Of a DNA stretch of 50,232 nt, positions 1 through 10,350 are shown piece by piece. Within the stretch, counting starts at the first letter, position 1; every line of letters begins with the position of its first letter. The notes below the pieces were generated by a model. That model searched no databases. It worked only from the letters and a program-made list of their open reading frames with translations, and was not told where the DNA came from. The translations under genes were made by a program, and so were the position numbers. This DNA comes from Octopus bimaculoides (taxonomy: Eukaryota), in assembly GCF_001194135.2 (NCBI RefSeq), contig NC_068998.1, positions 12,543,946 through 12,594,177 of the forward strand, in the 5' to 3' direction.

Positions 1-43
<43 letters not shown>

Positions 44-220
44 TTATATACATGTATGTGTGTGTATCTATTATGTATATAGAGAGAATGAGAGGGGGAA
101 GAGTGAGACAAAGAGAGAAAGAAAGTAATGATATAAATAGATTAGAAAGATGTACACACACACATAAAATGTAGAATATATATATATATATAAAGTTAAA
201 TAGGTATCATATATATAAAT

Positions 221-259
<39 letters not shown>

Positions 260-315
260 CAGTGAAATGTATATATACATAAAGAAAGAGAGAGAGAGAG
301 AGGGAGAGAGAGAGA
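1..315. repeat. Compound CA/TA/GA/TACA microsatellite field
   Basis: Direct reading. Similar fields occur at 459-660, 1724-1915, 2750-2821, 3565-3630, 6455-6730, 10670-10860, 12780-12990, 19905-20031, 27860-28200, 30270-30500, 43345-43602 and 44570-44730. Confidence 0.9.
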
Positions 316-335
316 TGCATGCATATACATTTGTG

Positions 336-455
336 TCCGTGTGTGTCCTCTACTACCGTTTGGCAACTGGTGTTGGTGCGTTTGCGTCCCCAAGGCGGCT
401 TCCCAGCATGGCCGCAGCCTAGGGACTGAAACAAGTAAGGGATAATAGGTAAGAG
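336..455 (+). mobile_element. SINE family E, 3' part with internal deletion
   Basis: Reverse complement aligns to 672-900, 35006-35220 and 43131-43345 (CAGCATGGCCGCAG, GACTGAAACAAGTAA tail). The segment between GCGTCCCC and AAGGCGG is missing relative to those copies. Confidence 0.75.
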
Positions 456-597
456 ACAATATATATATATATATATATATATACATACATACATAAATAT
501 ATACATATATACATCTATACATATATGTATGTATATATACATACATACATACATAAATATATACATATATATATATGTATGTGTATATATATGTGTG

Positions 598-658
<61 letters not shown>

Positions 659-671
659 CTAGCTAGCTAAC

Positions 672-900
672 TATCTATTTATTCTTTTATTCTTTTACGT
701 GTTTCAGTAATTTGACTGCGGCCATGCAGGAGCACCGCCTTTTAGTCGAAGAAATCAATCCTTGGATTTATTCTTTGTAAGCCTGGTACATATGCTGTCG
801 GTCTGTTTGCTTAACCGCTAAGTTACGGTGACGTAAACATACCAACATCGGTTGTCAAGCGATGGTGGGGGAGACAAACAAAGACACACGCACGTTTATA
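672..900 (-). mobile_element. SINE family E, 3' part
   Basis: TATTCTTTTA tail repeats, GACTGCGGCCATG and CCGCTAAGTTACGGTGACGTAAAC are shared with 35006 and 43131. It runs into a CA/TA microsatellite at ~880-1040. Confidence 0.8.
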
Positions 901-987
901 TATATATATATACACACATACACACACACACACACATATACATATATATATATATATATATATATGCGTATACATATGTGTGTGTAT

Positions 988-1039
<52 letters not shown>

Positions 1040-1179
1040 TATTTACATTATTTACATTTGACCGATATTTGTTCTCATTTTGTTTGTTGTTAACGTTTCG
1101 GCTAATACACCTTCCAACCTTCATCAGGTGTCTTGCGGAAATTTCGAACCTAGATTCCCATTCCTAAGGTATTTCTCGA

Positions 1180-1185
<6 letters not shown>
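1040..1185 (-). mobile_element. Penelope-like element terminal (pLTR) relic with hammerhead-like core
   Basis: Minus strand reads GACAC-CTGATGA-A-GGTTG...TAGCC-GAAACGTT, the CTGATGA...CGAAACG signature of Penelope-like termini. Confidence 0.55.

Positions 1186-1275
<90 letters not shown>
1183..1275. repeat. (TTA)n microsatellite running into an assembly gap
   Basis: Direct reading: about 30 perfect units. Confidence 0.95.
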
Positions 1276-1723
1276 NNNNNNNNNNNNNNNNNNNNNNNNN
1301 NNNNNNNNNNNNNNNNNNNNNNNNNNNNNNNNNNNNNNNNNNNNNNNNNNNNNNNNNNNNNNNNNNNNNNNNNNNNNNNNNNNNNNNNNNNNNNNNNNNN
1401 NNNNNNNNNNNNNNNNNNNNNNNNNNNNNNNNNNNNNNNNNNNNNNNNNNNNNNNNNNNNNNNNNNNNNNNNNNNNNNNNNNNNNNNNNNNNNNNNNNNN
1501 NNNNNNNNNNNNNNNNNNNNNNNNNNNNNNNNNNNNNNNNNNNNNNNNNNNNNNNNNNNNNNNNNNNNNNNNNNNNNNNNNNNNNNNNNNNNNNNNNNNN
1601 NNNNNNNNNNNNNNNNNNNNNNNNNNNNNNNNNNNNNNNNNNNNNNNNNNNNNNNNNNNNNNNNNNNNNNNNNNNNNNNNNNNNNNNNNNNNNNNNNNNN
1701 NNNNNNNNNNNNNNNNNNNNNNN

Positions 1724-1771
<48 letters not shown>

Positions 1772-1777
1772 TATGTA

Positions 1778-1809
<32 letters not shown>

Positions 1810-2762
1810 CGTGTGTACATACATACATACATATACATACTTACATACATACATACATATACATATACATATACATACGTATATATATATATATATATAT
1901 ATACATATATACATGTGTTTGAAGAGATGTCGATGTGTCTTCCACTACGTAATGAGCGAATGAAAAAGCAGCTTGAAACCAATGTCTATACTTCAAAGAA
2001 TGCATAGAAAAACAACTTGTGAATTTTGTTTACAGTTAAAACTGAAATATCACCTACTATAAGACACTATAAGTTATCATGTGTGTAGGTACTAACAACT
2101 TTCTTTCCTTTTCCTCTCGATTGCTATACTACTAACGTTCTATGTGAACAAAGAGAAAAAATTAATTGAAAACCTCACTTTCCATTAATTTCTTCCAGAC
2201 TATAATTAAATTGCATCGTAAAAAACGTTTCGCTTCATAAAATGTGTAATCAAAATATCTCAAGTCATGTGATTCTAATGATTTCTAAAAAGAATGAAAT
2301 AGTGCTGTACACGAATACATTTTGTTAACCTTTTCACACATAAAAAATTAATGTTTTATGTTTAGCTGTTTCTGTTTATTTGGAGGCACAAAGCACATAA
2401 AATTGACTGCAGGCGGTGCTGGCGATTCAAATTAAACTTACCTTACCTTGCAATGCCTAATACCATTGAATTTTTAAGGAAAGCTTCTGACGGATTCGAC
2501 ATGTCACCACATGCACAGGTACATGATATTCTTTTATTCTTTTACTTGTCTCAATCATTAGACTCTAGCTATGCTGGGTAACCGCCTTGAAGGTTTTAAC
2601 TGAACAAATCGACGCCATGTAGTTTAGAAGCAAACTTTTTAGCACACAACCACGCCTGCCCCTATAGATACATAATCACGCTAATATATTTATACACAGA
2701 ATTTTTTAGAGTTACATGCACGCATACATAGCTATTCCCACATGCAATTCATATATATATAT

Positions 2763-2821
<59 letters not shown>

Positions 2822-3564
2822 NNNNNNNNNNNNNNNNNNNNNNNNNNNNNNNNNNNNNNNNNNNNNNNNNNNNNNNNNNNNNNNNNNNNNNNNNNNNNNN
2901 NNNNNNNNNNNNNNNNNNNNNNNNNNNNNNNNNNNNNNNNNNNNNNNNNNNNNNNNNNNNNNNNNNNNNNNNNNNNNNNNNNNNNNNNNNNNNNNNNNNN
3001 NNNNNNNNNNNNNNNNNNNNNNNNNNNNNNNNNNNNNNNNNNNNNNNNNNNNNNNNNNNNNNNNNNNNNNNNNNNNNNNNNNNNNNNNNNNNNNNNNNNN
3101 NNNNNNNNNNNNNNNNNNNNNNNNNNNNNNNNNNNNNNNNNNNNNNNNNNNNNNNNNNNNNNNNNNNNNNNNNNNNNNNNNNNNNNNNNNNNNNNNNNNN
3201 NNNNNNNNNNNNNNNNNNNNNNNNNNNNNNNNNNNNNNNNNNNNNNNNNNNNNNNNNNNNNNNNNNNNNNNNNNNNNNNNNNNNNNNNNNNNNNNNNNNN
3301 NNNNNNNNNNNNNNNNNNNNNNNNNNNNNNNNNNNNNNNNNNNNNNNNNNNNNNNNNNNNNNNNNNNNNNNNNNNNNNNNNNNNNNNNNNNNNNNNNNNN
3401 NNNNNNNNNNNNNNNNNNNNNNNNNNNNNNNNNNNNNNNNNNNNNNNNNNNNNNNNNNNNNNNNNNNNNNNNNNNNNNNNNNNNNNNNNNNNNNNNNNNN
3501 NNNNNNNNNNNNNNNNNNNNNNNNNNNNNNNNNNNNNNNNNNNNNNNNNNNNNNNNNNNNNNNN

Positions 3565-3633
<69 letters not shown>

Positions 3634-3727
3634 TTATATACATATATAATTGTATGTACGTATGTATGAATATATGCATGTGTCTATAAATATATATATA
3701 TTATAATATTATTATTATTTTATTATG

Positions 3728-3812
3728 CTAGCCAGGCTCATGGACCCGGTTTCCCGGTTTCTATGGCGTATGTGTTCCCCCCAGCTAGACGAGACGCCAG
3801 TCCATCGCAAAG
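3728..3812 (-). mobile_element. SINE 3' fragment with V-domain-like motif
   Basis: Minus strand reads CGATGGACTGGCGTCTCGTCTAG, resembling the V-SINE central motif GATGGACTGGCGACCTGTCCAG. Confidence 0.5.
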
Positions 3813-4039
3813 TTACTCAAGAAACAGGAAGAAAGAGTGAGAGAAAGTTTTCTTTCTACTTCACATATATGCACTTATTTGAACTGTTTAGAGTGAATAA
3901 ATTTTTACCAAATTTTTACCGTCTGAAGTGAGTTGTGCTCGAAGATCAGTGTCTGCGAGTTTTGGAAGACAAAATCTAGTTACCGATCCATTATTTCGAT
4001 TCCAAACAATGATAGTTTAACATGCATATCTTTAGTAAC

Positions 4040-4240
4040 TGTTATTTTTTTTTCTCAAATTTCATTGCTGCTGTGCGTAAATAACTGGAGGTTGTCAAAT
4101 TTCCTGTTGGTGAGGAAGGTTTTAGTTTTGGACAATGCACCTTCTCATCCAAGTGGTCATCACCTTATCAGTATCGATGAGAAATAGGTACATGTTGTCA
4201 TCTTTCAAACGTTATCTCTGTGATCCAAGTACAATCCAAG
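4040..4240 (+). mobile_element. pogo/Tigger DDE_1 transposase remnant
   Basis: Translation KVLVLDNAPSHP...LISIDEK (LDN at 4128-4136) matches the pogo/CENP-B-like LLLDNAPSHP motif. A stop follows, and no TIRs were found. Confidence 0.65.
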
Positions 4241-4582
4241 CTAGTGCTAACGAAGGCACATAGACGAATTTCGGTTGGAGGTAAAACAGGGCGATCTTCA
4301 TAAAGACACGAGAACAAAGAACTCCCTGTGACAATTTTTTGGCGCTGTACTGCTTGAATACAGACGGTATGCACATTTTAAAGCATAAAGGGTGTTAGGT
4401 AGGCACGTCTGCAAGTTTTGAAAGACATAAACTCTTCAAGCTACCGGTGCATTTTTCCCATTCCAAAAATCATAGATCAACATGGATATTTTTAATAAGA
4501 GAAGTCAGGAACTACCGAGATTCCAGGGATACTAAAGTAGCAAAGGCTAGCGCTGAAATTTGCACAGATAAGAAGTAGATTG

Positions 4583-5185
4583 GGATCTTTTTTAAAACGG
4601 GGGCCACATTTTTCATTAATGTTTTACGTAGTGTTTTTGGTACCGAAAGACTTTCAAACTTCGTATACTTATCTATTTTGTGTTATAGAACAGAAAAATA
4701 TTTTTGTATCCGAATTTATTTCATGTAAAAAATTGTCTTATTTCGATAATTTCAACCAATCACTGACAAGTATTCAGTTGTTTACATTTACTCCTTTGGC
4801 TCATTAAACGATGTAAAGCGTATTTAATCTCCATACCTTCGTTTTATTTGCTTTTTTCATTTTAAATTTGCTTTAACCCTAACCCTAACTCTAACCCTAA
4901 CCCTAACCCTAACNNNNNNNNNNGTTAGGGTTAGGGTTAGGGTTAATTGTTTCAGAATCGTTTGTTTATGTAGTCGGCACTTAATGTATATCGGCTGAAT
5001 GGACGTCAGTGATTGGTTGAAATTACAGAAATACGACAACTTTAACATGGAATAATTTATGGATTTCTTTTTTTTTTTAAGAAGACTAAGAGAAAAAGAT
5101 GTTTTATATGACACATTCTACCAGTGTTCCAAGTTTCAAAGTGTTTCGTTAATGAAAAATGTGGCCCCCGTTTTAAAAAAGATCC
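4583..5185. mobile_element. Non-autonomous foldback DNA transposon (MITE), Merlin-like, with telomeric-repeat core
   Basis: Perfect 37-bp TIRs (4583-4619 and 5149-5185), 8-bp direct repeat GTAGATTG at 4575-4582 and 5186-5193, and a second internal inverted block at ~4716-4787 and ~4983-5055. Confidence 0.85.
4874..4946. repeat. Interstitial head-to-head (CCCTAA)n / (TTAGGG)n arrays
   Basis: About 6 CCCTAA units (one variant CTCTAA), a 10-N gap at 4914-4923, then about 4 TTAGGG units. Confidence 0.9.
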
Positions 5186-5394
5186 GTAGATTGCTGTCAG
5201 AAGATGGCAGAGGAACGGTTGATGCAGAAAACCGTTGGGAATTTGGCGATAGGTGCTTTCAAACTTCAGACTTGATCCACTTTCCAACTTGTCAGACTGG
5301 TAACGCCAAAGAAAAAGAGCAGTAACCTCGCCTCCAAAAAGAAGTTCATATATGTGTTAAGGAGGTACGAGCTAACAGGCAATATGATTTACGT

Positions 5395-5480
5395 GCTTGG
5401 TCTTTTAGTTAGCCTGGTGATCGAGCAAAACATTTGATAGTGGTGCCCTAGAATGGTCACAGTCTGACGATAAAAACCAG
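5395..5480 (-). mobile_element. SINE-like family C, degenerate 3' fragment
   Basis: Loose similarity to the reverse complement of 41200-41262 (GATCGAGCA, TTTGAT). Confidence 0.35.
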
Positions 5481-7044
5481 TAAAAGAAATTGAATAAAAT
5501 GATATTGTAAATGATACTCCTTGTTGTTTATTATTATTAGTTTTTGTCAAAGGAGTTCGAACATACAAAGACATAACCTTGTAGATTTGTTTTATGATAG
5601 TTAAATAGGATTAGGATTTTAACAGACTACGACAAGTTCTAATTTACAGTGAAACGTATTTATATTTCAAGGTACGCTGTTAATATGGTGTCTGTGGGAA
5701 CAGCGTGAATATCTTTGGTTTTTGTTTGAATTCGGTTATGTAACTATCGATTAAAGACTTCTGAGGAATTGAGGAGTTAGTCACGTGGTAATGCTAGATC
5801 AGAGAAAGAAAGAGGAAGGAAAGAAGAAAGAGAAAGAAACGGAAAGAAAGAAACATGATCAGAGGAAGAGTGTATATATGTATATGTGTGGAAGTGGGTG
5901 AGGCGGGAATGAGAGATAGATGCTTCGGGAAAATGGAGTTAAACACTGAGAAAATTCGGAGTAACAATAAGGACGATTGCTAATGCAAGAGAATGCAAAT
6001 CAACAGGAGGAGGAGGAAGAGGGGGAAGAGGTCAAAGGAGACACTTTCTGCTTTGAGAGAGAAAAAGAGAGAGAGAAGGGGGAGGAAGGGGCGGAGATTG
6101 AGGGAAAGAGAGAGAGAGGGAGANNNNNNNNNNNNNNNNNNNNNNNNNNNNNNNNNNNNNNNNNNNNNNNNNNNNNNNNNNNNNNNNNNNNNNNNNNNNN
6201 NNNNNNNNNNNNNNNNNNNNNNNNNNNNNNNNNNNNNNNNNNNNNNNNNNNNNNNNNNNNNNNNNNNNNNNNNNNNNNNNNNNNNNNNNNNNNNNNNNNN
6301 NNNNNNNNNNNNNNNNNNNNNNNNNNNNNNNNNNNNNNNNNNNNNNNNNNNNNNNNNNNNNNNNNNNNNNNNNNNNNNNNNNNNNNNNNNNNNNNNNNNN
6401 NNNNNNNNNNNNNNNNNNNNNNNNNNNNNNNNNNNNNNNNNNNNNNNNNNNNNNNTATATATATATGTATGTATGTATATATATATGTATGTATATATAT
6501 TTATATATATAATATATATATATATACATATACATATGTATACATATACATATATATATATAAAATTATAGGCATGCTTATTTACACACATATATATATA
6601 TATATGTGTACATATATATACATACATATATATAAGCTTATATGCATACATATTTACACACACACGCACACACACACACACATATATATATATATAATGT
6701 ATGTATTTATGCACATGTATGTATGCATGTAAGTATAAAATCACATTTTTTCCCTTTTCCCTTGATCTCTCTATCAATCTTATTTTAGTATGTTTTTTTT
6801 TCTTTCCTAAGATCAATATTTCAGTAGCAATCACTTTTCACTATACCAGACAGTTACATTTACTGCTTAAAAAGCCTTTGCCAAACACATGATACGAACC
6901 TTTGCATCATTGACTTTAATGTTTATACAATTCTCTACCATCAAAAATTGTTGTTGACATAATCTTCTGACATCGTAGTAATATTTAATGTCATATTCCT
7001 TCACTTTGCCACTAAAATCTTGGAACTATGGTGTGGAGTACATA

Positions 7045-7180
7045 TGTGTGTGTGTATTGCGTGTGTGTGTGTATTGCGTGTGTGTGTGTATTGCGTGTGT
7101 GTGTGTATTGCGTGTGTGTGTGTGAGTGTGTGTGACTATACATACATACATACATACATACATACATACATACATACATA
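7045..7180. repeat. (GT)n-ATTGC ~17-bp tandem unit x4, followed by (TACA)n
   Basis: Direct reading. Confidence 0.9.
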
Positions 7181-7265
7181 GGCGGATTGTACCGAAAGTA
7201 AGGCAAATTGCACTTGATGGAGCAACTCTTATACAATTCTTCATCGAAGGCAACTAATTGGTTCC

Positions 7266-7990
7266 AAGCAGAAGGAGCGTGCCGTCTTTGAGTTCATGAT
7301 GAAGGGGTGCAGGCTGTTCGACATCCAGAGAATGCTACACGTTGTTTATGGAGATGACGCCATTGACAAGAGCAATGTGCACAGATAAATGCAGAAGGTG
7401 AATAATGAGAAAAGCAGTATTAAGGACAAACCACGCGGCTGGAGAACACTGACACGAATCGCCAGCTAGTGTGAACAGCCGACCCCACAATCTGTCAGCC
7501 TGCTGCTCAACTCATTGACGTCACAGTGATGGTGGAAGATTTTGGGTATCGGGGAGTGTATGCAAAGTGGGTACTTCGGCGGTCGATACTCAATTTGAAA
7601 GCGATAAGTGCGAAAGTCTGCTCTGATCTGCTGGGAGCTTTTGAAAGTAATGAAGATTCATTTATTATCCGATCTGGTGACAGGGGCTATCTTTATGAAC
7701 TTTAAGCCTGAGCAATTCAAGAGCCAACAACTGATGCAGAAAGTCATGGAGGTTTTGATGATGACAAAGGCGTCAATCTCCATGATTTTCTGGATTATGG
7801 CTGTACTGTGAATAGCGAGTGGTATATTGAGCCACTCCAAAAGTTTAGAGAATCTATTAAGAAGTGACCGAACAGTTACCATGAAAATGCTTGACTACAT
7901 TTCTGGCAACAAACCAGACAATCGGCAAATTAGGCCGGTCAGTGTTGTCTCTCATCTGGCAACCTCAGTCTGCCAGCTATTCGATCTAAT
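7266..7990 (+). mobile_element. Degenerate mariner transposase remnant
   Basis: Frame-hopping translation: KERAVFEF...IQRMLHVVYGDDAIDKSNVHR*...IKDKPRG (HTH region), GYRGVYAKWVLR (WVPR-like), LVTG...KPE, MIFW, LQKFRESIKK, KLGRSVL. Many stops and frameshifts. Confidence 0.75.
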
Positions 7991-8169
7991 CAGTGTACAC
8001 CTGAAACTTTTTTCCATTTTCCCTTTTGAAGATGATGTTCCGTGTTTGAATTGTGAAGGTATCGTACATCATGTATATTGATGTTATGTCTCATCTGCTT
8101 TTGGTTAATATTATCTTATAATGTTACACCTAACTGCATAATGTGCATCATAATATCTACTATTCACCG

Positions 8170-8390
8170 AAGGCGACGAACTGGCAGAAACGTTAGTACG
8201 CTGGGCGAAATGCTTAGCGGTATTTCGTCTGCCTTTACGTTCTGAGTTCAAATTCCGCCGAGGTCGACTTTGCCTTTCATCCTTTCGGCTTCGATAAATT
8301 AAGTACCAGCTGTGTACTTGGGTCGATCTAATCGACAGGCCCTCTCCCCCAAATTTTCGGGCCTTGTGCCTAGAGCAGAAAAGGAAAGAA
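8170..8390 (+). mobile_element. tRNA-derived SINE family B, full length
   Basis: AAGGCGACGAACTGGCAGAAACGTTAG head, B-box-like GAGTTCAAATTCC, GAGGTCGACTTTGCCTTTCATCC body. Possible TSD CTATTCAC at 8160-8167 and 8397-8404. Confidence 0.9.
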
Positions 8391-9166
8391 TATGTGCTAT
8401 TCACAGAGTACATCTAAACAACTGTAAAGATATCTCATGTAAAATTATGAAACACGTTATCTTATTATATTCCATACATTTATGATTGTTGTTCAGTACA
8501 CATGTATAAGTAATGTCTATATTACATATTTATAAATACATATATGTGTGTGAGTGTATGTGTACATTTAACCATTTAGCCATATACATTTAGCCATATA
8601 ATAATTAGAAATGTGTATTTATGTGCTGTCACGCCAACAACTGAGTAGGGAATTGGGAGTCTGTAAAATGACAAACAGAAGTGATTGATAGTAAGTACAA
8701 TGAAAGTGAGTGACAAACACACGGGGATTCAGAAAGAATTAGAAAATTAAAATGAGTGCGAGTTAGAGAAAAAAGTTAGCTTTATGTAGCACACTGATCA
8801 GTAACAACGGGGGAGAAAAGAACAACGAAACTGTAACTAAAGTAACAATATCCTCAACATGAATAATGTATCATTTTCTTAAATATAGACTCGTCATTTT
8901 ATATATTGCTTTAGGAATTTCCATTTAAGCGTACAGAGGCAGTAAGCAGTAGAAAACAAATTTAAGTAAAAAGGGTGTAATTTTTAACGGCACATGTTAT
9001 GTGCTTGTATACTGTTGAGATCTATAACTTTCGGGGAGGTTCAGTATCCAGATGATCAATGAGAGGCCCTGTAAAGGATGTACCATGTGATGTCTCCGGA
9101 TGAAGGTCAGTCATGTAGAGCTTTTTCTGTCCGTGTACGTGGAGGTACGCACATCTTATGTAAATA

Positions 9167-9382
9167 TTGATTTGAAATTTTGACACAAGGGTAGCAATTT
9201 CGGGAGAGCGGGTAAGTCGATTTCAACGACCCCTAATACTCAACTGATACTTATTTATCGACCTCAAAAAGATAAAAAGCGAAGTCGACCTCGGCGGAAT
9301 TCGAACTCAGAACATGAAGACGAACAAATTGCCGCGAAGTATTTCACCCGGTGTGCTAACGTTTCTGCAAGCTCGCCGCCTT
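9167..9382 (-). mobile_element. SINE family B
   Basis: Reverse complement aligns along the length of the 8170 copy. Confidence 0.9.
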
Positions 9383-9619
9383 TATGTTAAGTAAATATTA
9401 CCGTGAAATCAATGGCAGTTAGGCCTGTATACTTTCTTTTAATAAATATCATCCGATGGTGTGAGAGTAGCTCTATAGATCATAGTATTTAAGAGGGAGA
9501 ATATACCCCTATTCGGCGCTTAGTGGGATTTCAAGTCATAGATTCGCGTATGGCGTGGAAAAGGAAGCCGTTTACATCAGTACGGACTCCAACCACTCAC
9601 TAACTCTAATTAGAAATAT

Positions 9620-9854
9620 TGATTTCAAATTTTGGTACAAGACCAGCAATTTCGAGCAAGGGGGATAGTCGATTCCATTGACCCCAGTGTACAACTGGTA
9701 CTTATTTTATCAGCCCCCACCCCACACCGCCGAAAGGATAAAAGGCAAAGTTAACTTTTTTGGCAGAAGTTGAAGTCAAAACGTAAGAGCAGTCGAAATG
9801 CCGTTAATCATTTGATCCGGCGCAGCAACGATTCTGCCAGCTCGCCGCCTTGTG
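9620..9854 (-). mobile_element. SINE family B with 13-bp TSD
   Basis: TSD TAATTAGAAATAT at 9607-9619 and 9855-9867. Confidence 0.9.
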
Positions 9855-10039
9855 TAATTAGAAATATAAACACAGGCCTCAGCAAGAGAATCACTAATTT
9901 TCGACCAGTAGAGAGATTTTCAACACAGCCAGACATCTTAATGAAGCATTAGTGAAGAGAGCCTTCATTGAAAAGTTAATGTATTATAGAGAAGCCTCAT
10001 CACTTTACAAACGGGAAGAGATAGAAATAGAGAGACAAT

Positions 10040-10293
10040 TTAGATCCCACCACCACCACCACCACCACCGCTTCAGTATATGTTTCCACCAAAGTAAGCT
10101 AGAATCTTTTATCTTTAATTAGTAAATATTTCTCAAGCACAAGTACCACATGCGTGTGCATGTTAGAAATTAATAGTGTATATATATCCTTGTTTAGTGA
10201 TTCACATGTGTCCTTTCTTTTGACGAACATGTTACTGTAGATGCTGTTTTCACTACTACTACTACTACTACTAAAATGTTATCCTCATCCTCG

Positions 10294-10329
<36 letters not shown>

Positions 10330-10350
10330 CTATCATCATCGTTGTTGCTG
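10040..10350. repeat. (CCA)n, (CTA)n and (CAT)n trinucleotide tracts
   Basis: Direct reading at ~10047-10068, 10251-10273 and 10297-10340. Confidence 0.85.

Noticed and set aside
2221-2245. Minus-strand TTATGAAGCGAAACGT hammerhead-like string
   Set aside because: The core is mutated and there is no room for a stem II loop.
4874-4946. True telomere or ancestral chromosome-fusion site
   Set aside because: The arrays are short and enclosed by TIRs and an 8-bp TSD, so they are better explained as part of a transposon.
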